Assembly: GCA_021324635.1 (NCBI GenBank)
Contig: JAJPIS010000070.1
Span: 7,061 to 71,060, forward strand
DNA length: 64,000 bases
Direction: 5' to 3'
Origin: Gemmatimonadota bacterium
GTDB lineage: Bacteria; Gemmatimonadota; Gemmatimonadetes; Gemmatimonadales; Gemmatimonadaceae
Position 1 is the stretch's first letter. Every line of letters begins with the position of its first letter. The position numbers were made by a program, and so were the translations under genes. Below, in pieces: positions 34,722-43,785 of the stretch. The notes under the pieces are model-generated. The model made no database searches and was not told the DNA's origin. It saw only the letters and a program-made list of their open reading frames with translations.

Positions 34722-35929
34722 GCTCCCACCGTCAGGAGGCGCCGAGCCCGTGGCCGCGCCGACCCGGGTGCTCGGACGGCCGGCCGCTGCCGCTTCCCTT
34801 GCAGCTCGGCGAGCAGGGTGTCGACGCGCGCGAGCCCGGCGAGCGTCTTGCCCATGTCGTAACCGTAGCCGACCCGGATGTATTTGCCGACGCCGAAATG
34901 TGCGCCCGGCGTGATGAGCACCGACTGCTCGACCCGGAGCCGCTCGAAGAGCCGCGCCGACGTGATCGGCAGCCGGTACTTGATGAGCACGATCGCGCCG
35001 GCGCGCGGCCGGATGTAGTCGAAGATGTCGGCGTGGGTGTCGATCCAGCGCTCGATCTGTGGCAATTGCCGCTGGAGAATGCCGCGCGCGCGCGCGATCA
35101 GCCGCTCGCGCCGCGCGGGCTCGAGCGCGAGCCGCGCCAGCCGGTCCGACAGGGTGGCCGGCGTGAGCGTCGTGTAGTCCTGATACGACCAGAGATGGTC
35201 CGCCGTGCGCGGCGGGGCCACGACCCAGCCGATGCGGAGCCCTGGCATCCCGAAGGTCTTCGAGACCCCGGAGGTCACGATCACCTTGTCGTATCGCCCC
35301 CAGAACGTCGGTGTGAGGGTCGCGCCTCCCACCTCGGCGCCGCGGTAGACCTCATCCGACACGATCCACGCCCCGACGCGGCGCGCGACGCGGATGATCT
35401 CCGCCATCTCCGCCTCCGTGAGCACACCGCCGGTCGGATTGTTCGGGTTCGTGACCAGGATGAGGCGCGTGCGCGCGGTCACGGCCCGGTGCAGGCTCTC
35501 GACGTCGAGTCCCCAGCGGCGCGTGCCGTTCTCCTCCATCTCGACCAGCCGATAGGGATCGGCGCGGCCGGCGTAGGCGCGCGCGAGCCCCCACGTCTGG
35601 AGATAGTTGGGGATCATGATCGCGGCTCGCCCACCGGGATCGAGGAGCCCCCAGAAGGTCGAGTAGTTCGCCTCCGACGTGCCGATCGACACGAGCACGT
35701 TGTCACGGGTCGCGCCCGGGTACCAGGTGGCGATGTGGTCACGCAGCAGCACTGAGCCGTTCGACTCGGCGTACTTGAGTGGGATGTCGAGAAACGCCGA
35801 TTGTGCGGCCTCGCCGTCCAGCAGCTCGCGCGCGGTGATCGGGAGGACGCCGCTCTCCGAGAGGTTGTACTCGACTTCGTTCTCGTAGCGGCACTGCGTC
35901 CGTTCCATCTGGAAGCGGTCGATACGCAT
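34718..35929 (-). CDS. class I/II PLP-dependent aminotransferase
   Basis: VTNPNNPTGGVLTEAEM, IVSDEVYRG, SGVSKTFGMPGLRIGW (PLP lysine). Confidence 0.85.
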   Translation of the reverse strand: MRIDRFQMERTQCRYENEVEYNLSESGVLPITARELLDGEAAQSAFLDIPLKYAESNGSVLLRDHIATWYPGATRDNVLVSIGTSEANYSTFWGLLDPGGRAAIMIPNYLQTWGLARAYAGRADPYRLVEMEENGTRRWGLDVESLHRAVTARTRLILVTNPNNPTGGVLTEAEMAEIIRVARRVGAWIVSDEVYRGAEVGGATLTPTFWGRYDKVIVTSGVSKTFGMPGLRIGWVVAPPRTADHLWSYQDYTTLTPATLSDRLARLALEPARRERLIARARGILQRQLPQIERWIDTHADIFDYIRPRAGAIVLIKYRLPITSARLFERLRVEQSVLITPGAHFGVGKYIRVGYGYDMGKTLAGLARVDTLLAELQGKRQRPAVRAPGSARPRARRLLTVGA

Positions 35930-36043
35930 CTCGGGACCTGTGACGGAAAGGGAGGGGGCGAGGAGGCGCGGAGGGGTGGCAGTCGCCACCGCGCGGGTGA
36001 TACTTGTACAATGGGGCCCGCGAAGTAAAGACCGGAGGTCGGG

Positions 36044-37066
36044 ATGCTGATCCTGGAAGAACCGGAGATCCGCGAGCTACTCGACCCGGTGTCGTGCATC
36101 GCGGCCGTGGAGGCGGCGTTCACGGCCTACGCCGCGGGTCACGCCGAGCTGCCGGACGTCATCCACCTCGACGTCCCGGAACGCCGGGGCGAGATCCACA
36201 TCAAGGCCGGGTACCTCCATGGCGGCACGTGCTGGGCGGTCAAGGTGGCGTCGACCTTCCCGTCCAACCCCGTCCTCGGACGCCCCGCCAATGGCGGTCT
36301 CGTCGTCGTCTTCGACGCCGAGACCGGCGTGCCGGCGGCGCTTCTCCTCGACAATGGCTACATCACGGACCTCCGGACGGCGGCGGCTGGCGCGGTCGCG
36401 GCCCGGCAACTCGCCCGGGAGGAGATCGACGTCGTCGGCGTCGTCGGCTCCGGCATACAGGCTCGGCTCCAGGTGCAGCTCCTGGCGCACGTCCGCCGGT
36501 TCCGCGAGGTGCGGATCTGGGGCCGTCGGGTCGACGGGGCGCGCGACTGCGCGGCCCAGCTACGGGCGACCGGCGCGTTGCCCGAGGGGGTCACGGCGCG
36601 GGCCGAGCCGATGATCGAGCGGGCGGTCCGCGGGGCCGACCTGGTGTTTACCGTCACCCCGAGTCGCGTGCCGCTCGTCCGGGCCGAGTGGGTCGGAGCG
36701 GGAAGCCTGGTGATCGCGGTCGGCTCCGACGGGGCAGACAAGCAGGAGCTGGACGTCGGAGTCCTCGCCGCGGCCGATCGCGTCGTCGCCGACAGCCTCC
36801 CCCAATGCCGACGGATCGGCGAGATCCACCACGCGGTGCTGGCCGGCCTGCTCGACGAGCAGCGTGTGACCGAGCTGGGCCAGATCACCGGCGGGCGAGC
36901 GCCGGGCCGCCGGCGGGCCGACGAGCGGATCGTGTGTGACCTCACGGGCGTCGGCGTCCAGGACGTGGCGGCCGCCGCGCTCGTGGTCGACCGCGCGCGC
37001 AGGGCCCGCGCGGCGCGGGAGGGCGCTGGCGGGCGCGTACCGCGCGACGCCGTCGGACCAGCTTGA
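36044..37066 (+). CDS. ornithine cyclodeaminase / mu-crystallin family protein
   Basis: DLRTAAAGAVAARQLA, VVGVVGSGIQARLQVQLL (Rossmann GxGxQA), typical length. Confidence 0.85.
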   Translation: MLILEEPEIRELLDPVSCIAAVEAAFTAYAAGHAELPDVIHLDVPERRGEIHIKAGYLHGGTCWAVKVASTFPSNPVLGRPANGGLVVVFDAETGVPAALLLDNGYITDLRTAAAGAVAARQLAREEIDVVGVVGSGIQARLQVQLLAHVRRFREVRIWGRRVDGARDCAAQLRATGALPEGVTARAEPMIERAVRGADLVFTVTPSRVPLVRAEWVGAGSLVIAVGSDGADKQELDVGVLAAADRVVADSLPQCRRIGEIHHAVLAGLLDEQRVTELGQITGGRAPGRRRADERIVCDLTGVGVQDVAAAALVVDRARRARAAREGAGGRVPRDAVGPA

Positions 37067-38013
37067 CGCTCGGGGCTCGGGCGACAGAATACGGGGTACG
37101 GAAGGGAAGGGGACCGGCGCGGAACCCATGCAGCGGAGGGGCCGTGGACAGGGCACGACGGACAGGCGGCGCCACAGTCTGGGCGCTGAGTGTGCTGCTC
37201 GGAGGCATCTTCCTCGCGGCTGGACTCGGGAAGCTCGCCGGTCAGGACGTGCTCGGGTTTCAGGCGGCGACGATGCAGGGATTCCCGGCGTGGATGCGGA
37301 CCCTCGTCGGCGTCTTCGAGGTACTCGGCGGGGTGGCGCTCCTCATCCCCGCACTCGCCATCTACGGCGCCCTCGGGCTCGCCGTCCTCATGGTCCCGGC
37401 CGCGATCACGCAGGCCGTGAGCGAGCAGCCTGGCGTGTACGTCCCGGTCATCGTCCTCATCCTGCTCCTGATCGTGGCCTGGCAGCGCGACGCCATCACG
37501 ATGCGGGGTCTGTACCGTGGCATCGCCGGCCCGCGCGGACCGGTCGTGCGCGAGGGGGTGATCGCCGGCGTGATCGGGGCAACGGTGGTCGCCGTCTGGT
37601 TCTTCATCGTCGACATCGTGGCTGGCCATCCGCTCTTCACGCCGACGGCACTGGGTCAGGCGCTCGTCAGTGTGCTGCGCCTCGCGCCGCTCACCGCGCC
37701 GCCGGCGGCGTACATCGTCGCCTATACCGTATTCCACTACCTGGCCTTCATCGTCGTCGGCATCGTCGCCGCTGACTTCTTCGCCTGGGCGGGTCGCGAG
37801 CCGGCGCTGCTGTTCGGGTTCATCATCCTGTTCGTCGCCTTCGAGGTCGGCTTCTACGGCTTTGTCGCCCTGCTCCAGCAGGCGAGCGCGCTGGGCGGAC
37901 TCGCGTGGCCGCAGGTGATGGTGGGCAATCTCCTGTCGGCGGCCGTGATGGGCACGTACATCTGGCGCGCCCATCCGAAGCTCCACCAGCAATTCGCGCA
38001 CGTGTTCGATTGA
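37063..38013 (+). CDS. DoxX-like membrane protein with an extra C-terminal membrane domain
   Basis: LLGGIFLAAGLGKLAG...MRTLVGVFEVLGGVALLIP is DoxX-like. The start is uncertain (TTG at 37063 overlapping the upstream stop, or an internal GTG). Confidence 0.5.
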   Translation: MTLGARATEYGVRKGRGPARNPCSGGAVDRARRTGGATVWALSVLLGGIFLAAGLGKLAGQDVLGFQAATMQGFPAWMRTLVGVFEVLGGVALLIPALAIYGALGLAVLMVPAAITQAVSEQPGVYVPVIVLILLLIVAWQRDAITMRGLYRGIAGPRGPVVREGVIAGVIGATVVAVWFFIVDIVAGHPLFTPTALGQALVSVLRLAPLTAPPAAYIVAYTVFHYLAFIVVGIVAADFFAWAGREPALLFGFIILFVAFEVGFYGFVALLQQASALGGLAWPQVMVGNLLSAAVMGTYIWRAHPKLHQQFAHVFD

Positions 38014-38051
38014 GCACGACGGTCGCCGAGCGTTCGTACGCGGCCCCGGGG

Positions 38052-39284
38052 ATGACCGCGCGCGGACGTGGGGACGCGGCGCCGTCCGACCGGACGGCGC
38101 CGCGATCTCGCACCCTGCTCTGGGTCTGGTCGCTCCCGGCCTGGCTCATGGTGTGCGACATGGAGGCGTCGGCGTACATCAACGGCGCCGCGCTCCCGGG
38201 TGTGCGCGCCGCCGTGCCGGCGCTCGCCGAGTGGTACCTGTGGGTACTGCTGACCCCCGTCGTGCTTCGCCTCGGCAGGCGATGGCCGATCGGGGCGACC
38301 CGACCCTGGCGCACGTGGGCGGTGCATGGCGCGGCGGTCGTCGTGACATCCCTCCTTCGCGGGATCGTGTATGGCGTCGCGACGGTGTTCGTCGCGCGGA
38401 GCGCGCCGGACATTCCGCTCAACGCCTTCTTCGTGCGCCTGGTCGTCGGCTTCCTCCCGACCGCCGCCGTCCTCTATGGCGGCATCCTCTCCTACGGCGT
38501 CGCGACCGCCTATGCGCGCCGCCATCGGGAGAGCGAGGTGCGCAACGCACAGCGCGAGTCGCGGCTCGAGGCGCAGTTGGCGCGCGCCGAGCTGGCCGCC
38601 CTACGCGCGAACCTGAACCCGCACTTCCTGTTCAACGCTCTGCACTCCGTCGGTGCCCTGGTGCGGAGCGGCGAGCGAACGGCAGCGGTCGACGTGGTGA
38701 GCGAGCTGAGTGAGCTGCTCCGCCATCTCCTCCGGCGGAATGCGCCCGAGGAAGTGACACTGGCCGCAGAGCTCGCCTTCACGCGCCGCTACCTGGCGAT
38801 CGAGCAGGTGCGCTTCTCCGACCGGTTGCGCGTCACCTGGTCGGTCGAGCCCGGGACTGAGCGGGCGCTCGTGCCGCGGCTCCTGCTCCAGCCCCTGGTC
38901 GAGAATGCGATCCGACACGGCGTCACGCGCGCGACCGCCGCTGGCGCGATCTCGATCGGGAGCGCTCGGCGCGGCGACATGCTCGAGATCCGGGTGATCG
39001 ACGACGGCCCGGGGCCGGCCCTCCCGGTGCCGCCCCAGGCTGTGGCGTCGGAGCGCGGCGGTGGGTACGGGCTCGACGCCGCGCGCGCGCGGCTCCGGCT
39101 GGCCTATGGCGACCGCGCGGACGTGGTGCTGGCGGCCGGAGCCGGTGGGGGCGCACTCGTCACCGTGGTGCTGCCGTACCGAGCAGCTCTTGTCGATACC
39201 CCGGGCGGCGCGCCGGTGGCGGTGGCGGACGGTGGGGCGGCCGTGGAGTCCGATGTCGCCGAGAGTGTCGCGAGTGGCCGGTGA
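38052..39284 (+). CDS. LytS/YehU-type sensor histidine kinase
   Basis: LRANLNPHFLFNALHSVGALV (His_kinase pfam06580 signature), LLLQPLVENAIRHGV (N box), GYGLDAARARL (G box), and N-terminal helices. Confidence 0.8.
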   Translation: MTARGRGDAAPSDRTAPRSRTLLWVWSLPAWLMVCDMEASAYINGAALPGVRAAVPALAEWYLWVLLTPVVLRLGRRWPIGATRPWRTWAVHGAAVVVTSLLRGIVYGVATVFVARSAPDIPLNAFFVRLVVGFLPTAAVLYGGILSYGVATAYARRHRESEVRNAQRESRLEAQLARAELAALRANLNPHFLFNALHSVGALVRSGERTAAVDVVSELSELLRHLLRRNAPEEVTLAAELAFTRRYLAIEQVRFSDRLRVTWSVEPGTERALVPRLLLQPLVENAIRHGVTRATAAGAISIGSARRGDMLEIRVIDDGPGPALPVPPQAVASERGGGYGLDAARARLRLAYGDRADVVLAAGAGGGALVTVVLPYRAALVDTPGGAPVAVADGGAAVESDVAESVASGR

Positions 39285-39285
39285 G

Positions 39286-40065
39286 ATGCGCGTCGTCGTG
39301 GCGGACGACGAGCCCCTGGCGCGGCGGGTGATCCGGGATCTCCTCACCCGCTACGAGGACGTCACCGTCGTCGGCGAGTGTCGGAGTGGGACGGAAGCGG
39401 TGGAGGTCCTGCGGGCGACGGCGCCCGACCTCCTCTTCCTCGACATCCAGATGCCGGAGCTCGACGGGTTCGGGGTACTGAGGGCGGTGCTGCCCGCCTG
39501 TCCGCCGGCGGTCGTGCTGGTGACCGCGTACGACGAGTTCGCGGTGCAGGCGTTCGAGGCCGAGGCCCTCGACTTCCTGGTGAAGCCGTTCACGGATGAG
39601 CGCTTTCACCAGGCTGTGGGCCGGGCGCGGCGTCGTCTGGCGTTGGAGGAGGCGAGCCGGATGAGTCGTGCCCTCGCGGGCCTGCTCGAGCGGGTCGGCC
39701 CGGGTGGCGGCGCCGCGATCGCCGAGCCGCCCGCGCGTCGCACGCGGCTGCTCGTGACAGCGGGGGCGCGGACCATCGCCGTCCCGGTGTCGGGGATCCG
39801 CTGGATCGAGGCCGAGGACTACTACGCGCGGATCCACACCGACCGCGGGTCGTACCTGTTGCGCGAGTCGCTGGGTGCCCTCGAGCGCGAGCTCGATCCC
39901 GCCGCCTTCCTGCGCGTGCATCGATCCGCGCTCGTGCACACCGGCAGCATCCGCGAGGTCCGGCGCCATCCGGCGGGGCGGTGCGTGGTGGTGCTGACCG
40001 ACGGGACGAGGCTGCCGGTGAGCGACCGGCGGCGGGGCGCCGTGTTGCGGCGGCTGGGCGGCTAG
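39286..40065 (+). CDS. LytTR-family response regulator
   Basis: MRVVVADDEPLARRVIRDLL...LLFLDIQMPELDGF...DFLVKP receiver domain, plus the LytTR domain IRWIEAEDYYARIHT...FLRVHRSALV. Confidence 0.9.
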   Translation: MRVVVADDEPLARRVIRDLLTRYEDVTVVGECRSGTEAVEVLRATAPDLLFLDIQMPELDGFGVLRAVLPACPPAVVLVTAYDEFAVQAFEAEALDFLVKPFTDERFHQAVGRARRRLALEEASRMSRALAGLLERVGPGGGAAIAEPPARRTRLLVTAGARTIAVPVSGIRWIEAEDYYARIHTDRGSYLLRESLGALERELDPAAFLRVHRSALVHTGSIREVRRHPAGRCVVVLTDGTRLPVSDRRRGAVLRRLGG

Positions 40066-40203
40066 TCCGTCGCGCGTGTTGCCCGAGGGTCGCTCTCGGC
40101 GGCGTCGCGCGGCACGGGACTGGCGCGGGTGAGCGGGCGACCGAGAGACACGGCGCCCGGGGCGGATCCGACACCCCTGGGCATTCCGTCAGGGGGAGAC
40201 TGC

Positions 40204-40602
40204 ATGCCGCTCACCGACCATCAGCGTGACCATCTTGCCCGGCGCCTTCGCGAGGAGCGCGAGCGCATCGACCGTGAGCTCGCACGATATGGCGAGCGGT
40301 TCGATACCACCGATCAGGACGCTTCCGGCGACCTCACGAAGCTGCCGTTCCATCAGGCCGACGAGGGGACGGACACCTACGATCGGGAGTTCGACGCCCA
40401 GGAGGTCACGCGGCTGAGTCGGGAGCGGGAGGAGATCGACGACGCGCTGGAGCGGCTGTATCACGACCCGGCGCGCTACGGCCGGGACGAGCGGACCGGC
40501 GAGGAGATTCCGTTCGAGCGCCTGGACGTGATCCCCTGGGCCCGCACGCGCATCGACCGCCGCCCCCGCCCGGCGGCCGGCGAGGCCGACCGCTCGATCT
40601 GA
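40204..40602 (+). CDS. DksA/TraR-family protein lacking the four zinc-finger cysteines
   Basis: Coiled-coil DQDASGDL...HQADEGTDTYDREFDAQEVTRLSREREEIDDALERL, then ARYGRDERTGEEIPFERLDVIPWARTRI where the canonical proteins have CxxC...CxxC. Confidence 0.6.
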   Translation: MPLTDHQRDHLARRLREERERIDRELARYGERFDTTDQDASGDLTKLPFHQADEGTDTYDREFDAQEVTRLSREREEIDDALERLYHDPARYGRDERTGEEIPFERLDVIPWARTRIDRRPRPAAGEADRSI

Positions 40603-40640
40603 GACAGGCGCCGGCGAGTTCTGCTCAGGTCGGCGGCTCG

Positions 40641-40666
40641 GAGTTACATTGCAAGCATTGTAACTC
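40641..40666. promoter_or_regulatory. inverted repeat GAGTTACA-N10-TGTAACTC upstream of the DUF433 gene
   Basis: Read directly. It is a locally AT-rich element 14 bp upstream of the ATG at 40680, and the spacer contains TTGCAA. Confidence 0.4.
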
Positions 40667-40679
40667 GCGAGGAGCGACG

Positions 40680-41096
40680 ATGTCCAAAGTCGTCAGCCTG
40701 CGGTTCCACGACCGGCAATTCGCGCGGCTTCGGCGGTTTGCCCGGCGCTTGGGACGAACGCCGAGCGAGACGGGAGCGTTGCTCGTCGAGGAAGCTCTCC
40801 GGCGGGCGGAATTCGCCCACATCGACTTCCGGGATTCGCCGGCGGGGCGACAGGCCTACATCATCGGAACGGGGCTCGCCGTCTGGGAAGTGGTGCTGAT
40901 CGCGCGGCATTACGACGTGGATGAAGCGCGGACGGCGGCGCACCTCGAGTGGCCGATCGCGAAGGTGCGCGCGGCGCTCCTGTACGCGGCCGCCTTCCCC
41001 CAGGAGATCGACGAGATCCTGGAGGAGCTGGCGGACACGGACCTGGCCGCGCTGACCCGGATGGTGCCGGAGACGGCCGCGTTCGTCGTGCGGTAA
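40680..41096 (+). CDS. DUF433-domain antitoxin-like protein with an N-terminal RHH-like segment
   Basis: MSKVVSLRFHDRQFARLRRFARRLGRTPSE (ribbon-helix-helix-like), IDFRDSPAGRQAYIIGTGLAVWEVV (DUF433). Confidence 0.65.
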   Translation: MSKVVSLRFHDRQFARLRRFARRLGRTPSETGALLVEEALRRAEFAHIDFRDSPAGRQAYIIGTGLAVWEVVLIARHYDVDEARTAAHLEWPIAKVRAALLYAAAFPQEIDEILEELADTDLAALTRMVPETAAFVVR

Positions 41097-41112
41097 GGCG
41101 CTGCGCCCGCGT

Positions 41113-41505
41113 GTGCGGTTGCGTGTGCGCCCGCTCCTGGACGAGCACCTGTCGCCGACGGTGGCGGCGCAGCTCGGGCGCCGTCAGCCGACGTTGCTCG
41201 TCACCACGGTGGCTCACTGGGAGCGCGGGGCGTACCTTGGCGCGCCGGCCGCCGTGCTCTTGCGGGCCGCCGCGGCCGCCGGGTTGACACTCGTCACGTA
41301 CGATCTCCGAACGATTCCTCTACTGCTGAAGTCGTGGGCCGAGGCCGGTGCTGCGCACGGCGGAGTCATCTTCATCGACGCGCGGACCCTGAAGCCGGAC
41401 GACGTCGGAGGACTCGTGCGCGCGCTCGCCCAGCTCGTCGCCAAGCTGGGCGACCTGGAGTGGCAGGACCGCGCCGTCTATCTGACCCGACTGACCCGAG
41501 CGTGA
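41113..41505 (+). CDS. DUF5615-family PIN-like putative toxin
   Basis: RPLLDEHLSPTVAAQL..., LTLVTYD, GVIFID. It is the usual partner of DUF433 genes and lies 17 bp downstream. Confidence 0.6.
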   Translation: MRLRVRPLLDEHLSPTVAAQLGRRQPTLLVTTVAHWERGAYLGAPAAVLLRAAAAAGLTLVTYDLRTIPLLLKSWAEAGAAHGGVIFIDARTLKPDDVGGLVRALAQLVAKLGDLEWQDRAVYLTRLTRA

Positions 41506-41655
41506 CGCTGCCGGCGATGCCAGCGTCGACCGCCACGTGCTTTACACGCGGAAGCTGGCGCCAACGGCACCCACGGCACCCACGGCGCGCATGCCACGTC
41601 GACCGTGACGGCGGACACCGACGTCACCGCCCAACGGCGGTGATCCGGTGAGAGA

Positions 41656-42630
41656 TCACGGGGGGACGATCCCGAGCTCCTCGGCGAGGAACTGAATGCG
41701 GTCGACACGCGCTTGCGGGTCATTGAACTCGTGGCTGGAATAGTACCAGCGCTGCGTTTTCGGCTCGCCGGCGGCCGCGTAGTATCGGCTCGCGGCGCCC
41801 GGCGAGATGTAGCGGTCCACTCGGGCCCACTGGAAGAAAAGGTGCGCCGGCGCGGAACGCGAAACGAAATGCACCGGGTTGATCGGCTCCATCGCGGTCT
41901 CGTACGCCGCGCGCTCGGGAGCTGGCCGGGCGGTGAGATCGCGCCGGATCACCGGGTCCGGGAAGTCGGTATCCGTCAGCGTCGGCAGGCCGCCCATGAG
42001 CACAAACGCCCTGATCCGGTGCTCGACGCCGGCAACCACACCGCCCCAGGTGGCGCCCAGGCTATGGCCCACATAGCCGATCCGGGCCGAGTCCACCGTC
42101 GGATCCGCGACGAGGAGATCGACGCCGCGTCGGATGTCGACGACGAGCTGCTCGTACCCGGCGCGTTCAGCCGCGGGTCCCTGCCGAGCGCGGTTGGGGT
42201 CGTCGAGCCGATTGAACGGCGCATCGATCAGCAGGGACTCCACCCCGCGCGGCGCCAGCGCGACGGCTTCCGCCAGGAACTCCGATCGATTCCCCTGCCC
42301 CCAGTGCACGAACACAACGCCGGCTCGGCGCGTTCTGCCGGGCGCGGCGCCCGCCGGAGCTACCAGGTAGGCGGGCACTCGACCGCCCCTGGGGCTCGTG
42401 TAGGAGATGTCCCGGACGACGGCGGAGCCGACCACCGTGGAGTCCTGCTGGCGGACATCGAGCGGGGCGCTCCGATCGTACGCGAAGGCGTCACCCGCTC
42501 CCGGCGCGTGCTGTGCCCGTGCGATGCCGGCACCGGCGAGGATCATCGATAAACGCGCGGCCCACCGCAACGAAAATGATGGCAAGGTCGGTCTCCTGAG
42601 CTTCGATGGGGTGGGGTCGGCCGGCGGCAT
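41656..42630 (-). CDS. secreted alpha/beta hydrolase (dienelactone-hydrolase / esterase-like)
   Basis: Signal-like LRWAARLSMILAGAGIARAQ; VVFVHWGQGN; IGYVGHSLGATWGG (GxSxG). Track ORF trimmed to the ATG at 42630. Confidence 0.7.
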   Translation of the reverse strand: MPPADPTPSKLRRPTLPSFSLRWAARLSMILAGAGIARAQHAPGAGDAFAYDRSAPLDVRQQDSTVVGSAVVRDISYTSPRGGRVPAYLVAPAGAAPGRTRRAGVVFVHWGQGNRSEFLAEAVALAPRGVESLLIDAPFNRLDDPNRARQGPAAERAGYEQLVVDIRRGVDLLVADPTVDSARIGYVGHSLGATWGGVVAGVEHRIRAFVLMGGLPTLTDTDFPDPVIRRDLTARPAPERAAYETAMEPINPVHFVSRSAPAHLFFQWARVDRYISPGAASRYYAAAGEPKTQRWYYSSHEFNDPQARVDRIQFLAEELGIVPP

Positions 42631-42656
42631 CGGTGGAGGGATTCGCGCGCGGCGGC

Positions 42657-43394
42657 TCAGCGCTGGGCGTCCGTGGCGACGCCCGGCAGGGATGTGGTCA
42701 CTCGTCCGGCGCTGTCGAGGAAGTCGATCCGCGGCGAGCCGGCGGAGTCCACCACGAGACGCAGCCGGGAGCGGCCTCGCGGGTCGGCGAGAACGACCGT
42801 CGCCGCGCGGTCCGGGGTCTTCCCGGCGAAGAGGCGCGTCGCGCCGGTCAGCGCTTGGAGCGCCTGCATGGCCCGCGTCCGCGTCGGGCCGTCCGGCATG
42901 CGGCGGATCGCCGCCATCGAGTCGAGCATCCGGTCGATCGGCATCCCGTCGGGGCGGTCCCACACGTGTAGCCCCGCGGTCCGCCTCCCGTTCTGATCCT
43001 GGTACTCGAGCCCGACGGTCTGATCCTGCCCGTACTGGTCGAACATCAGCTCACCCGACGCCTCATAGGCGCTGTCCCGGTGCGTGGCGCCGTACGAGAT
43101 CCCGCCATCCTCGGTCCCCTCCTCGTTGAAGAAGAGGAGTCCCGCCTGCCCGCGCGCGTACGGGTACTCCTTGCCCTTGATGATGACGCCGGGATACCGC
43201 GCTCGGTTGGAGAGCACGAGGCGGATGGTCCCGTTCGTGTCCACGACGTTGATGCGCTCGACCGTGATCTCCTGGAAGCGCGTCGCGTCACGCGATGAGC
43301 GAAAGGCCGACACCCCGAGCACGAGCAGCGCGAGCGTCGTGACGAGCGCGTACGCCTGGAGGACGCGCACGTCGCGACGGAGATCGGTGGTCAC
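42657..43394 (-). CDS. hypothetical membrane-anchored protein
   Basis: VTTDLRRDVRVLQAYALVTTLALLVLGVSAF anchor. GAGGGAGGA RBS precedes the GTG at 43394. No family recognised. Confidence 0.5.
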   Translation of the reverse strand: MTTDLRRDVRVLQAYALVTTLALLVLGVSAFRSSRDATRFQEITVERINVVDTNGTIRLVLSNRARYPGVIIKGKEYPYARGQAGLLFFNEEGTEDGGISYGATHRDSAYEASGELMFDQYGQDQTVGLEYQDQNGRRTAGLHVWDRPDGMPIDRMLDSMAAIRRMPDGPTRTRAMQALQALTGATRLFAGKTPDRAATVVLADPRGRSRLRLVVDSAGSPRIDFLDSAGRVTTSLPGVATDAQR

Positions 43395-43503
43395 ATGTCC
43401 TCCCTCGAGAGTGGAGATGGTCGGGGCCCGGATGCAGTGCGGCGAGACGGAGCGCGCGGCGGCACCGCGCCGGGCGAGCGAGGGGCGAGCCGGCCGAGAT
43501 GAA

Positions 43504-43785
43504 CTAGCCGCCGGAGACCGCGGGCAGGATGTACACCTCACTACCGTCGGCCACCGGGGCGTCGAGACCCTGATGCTTGCGGACGATCTCCTGGCCGACG
43601 AAGAGATTCACGTGCGGCCGGACCTCGTTCGTCTCGGTGATCACCCGATCGTAGACACCCGGCCAGCGCGCACGGATGGCGCGCATGACGCCGCCGACCG
43701 TCGCCGGGGCCGGGTCCAGCTCCAGCACACCCGTCCCCGCCGCCAGCGGCTGGAGCACCGACGGGAGCACGACGCGGACAGCCAC
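43504..43785 (-). CDS. MoaD/ThiS-family beta-grasp protein ending in Gly-Gly
   Basis: About 93 aa, ...VNLFVGQEIVRKHQGLDAPVADGSEVYILPAVSGG-stop. The GTG start overlaps the stop of the upstream BNR gene (TAGTG). Confidence 0.7.
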   Translation of the reverse strand: MAVRVVLPSVLQPLAAGTGVLELDPAPATVGGVMRAIRARWPGVYDRVITETNEVRPHVNLFVGQEIVRKHQGLDAPVADGSEVYILPAVSGG

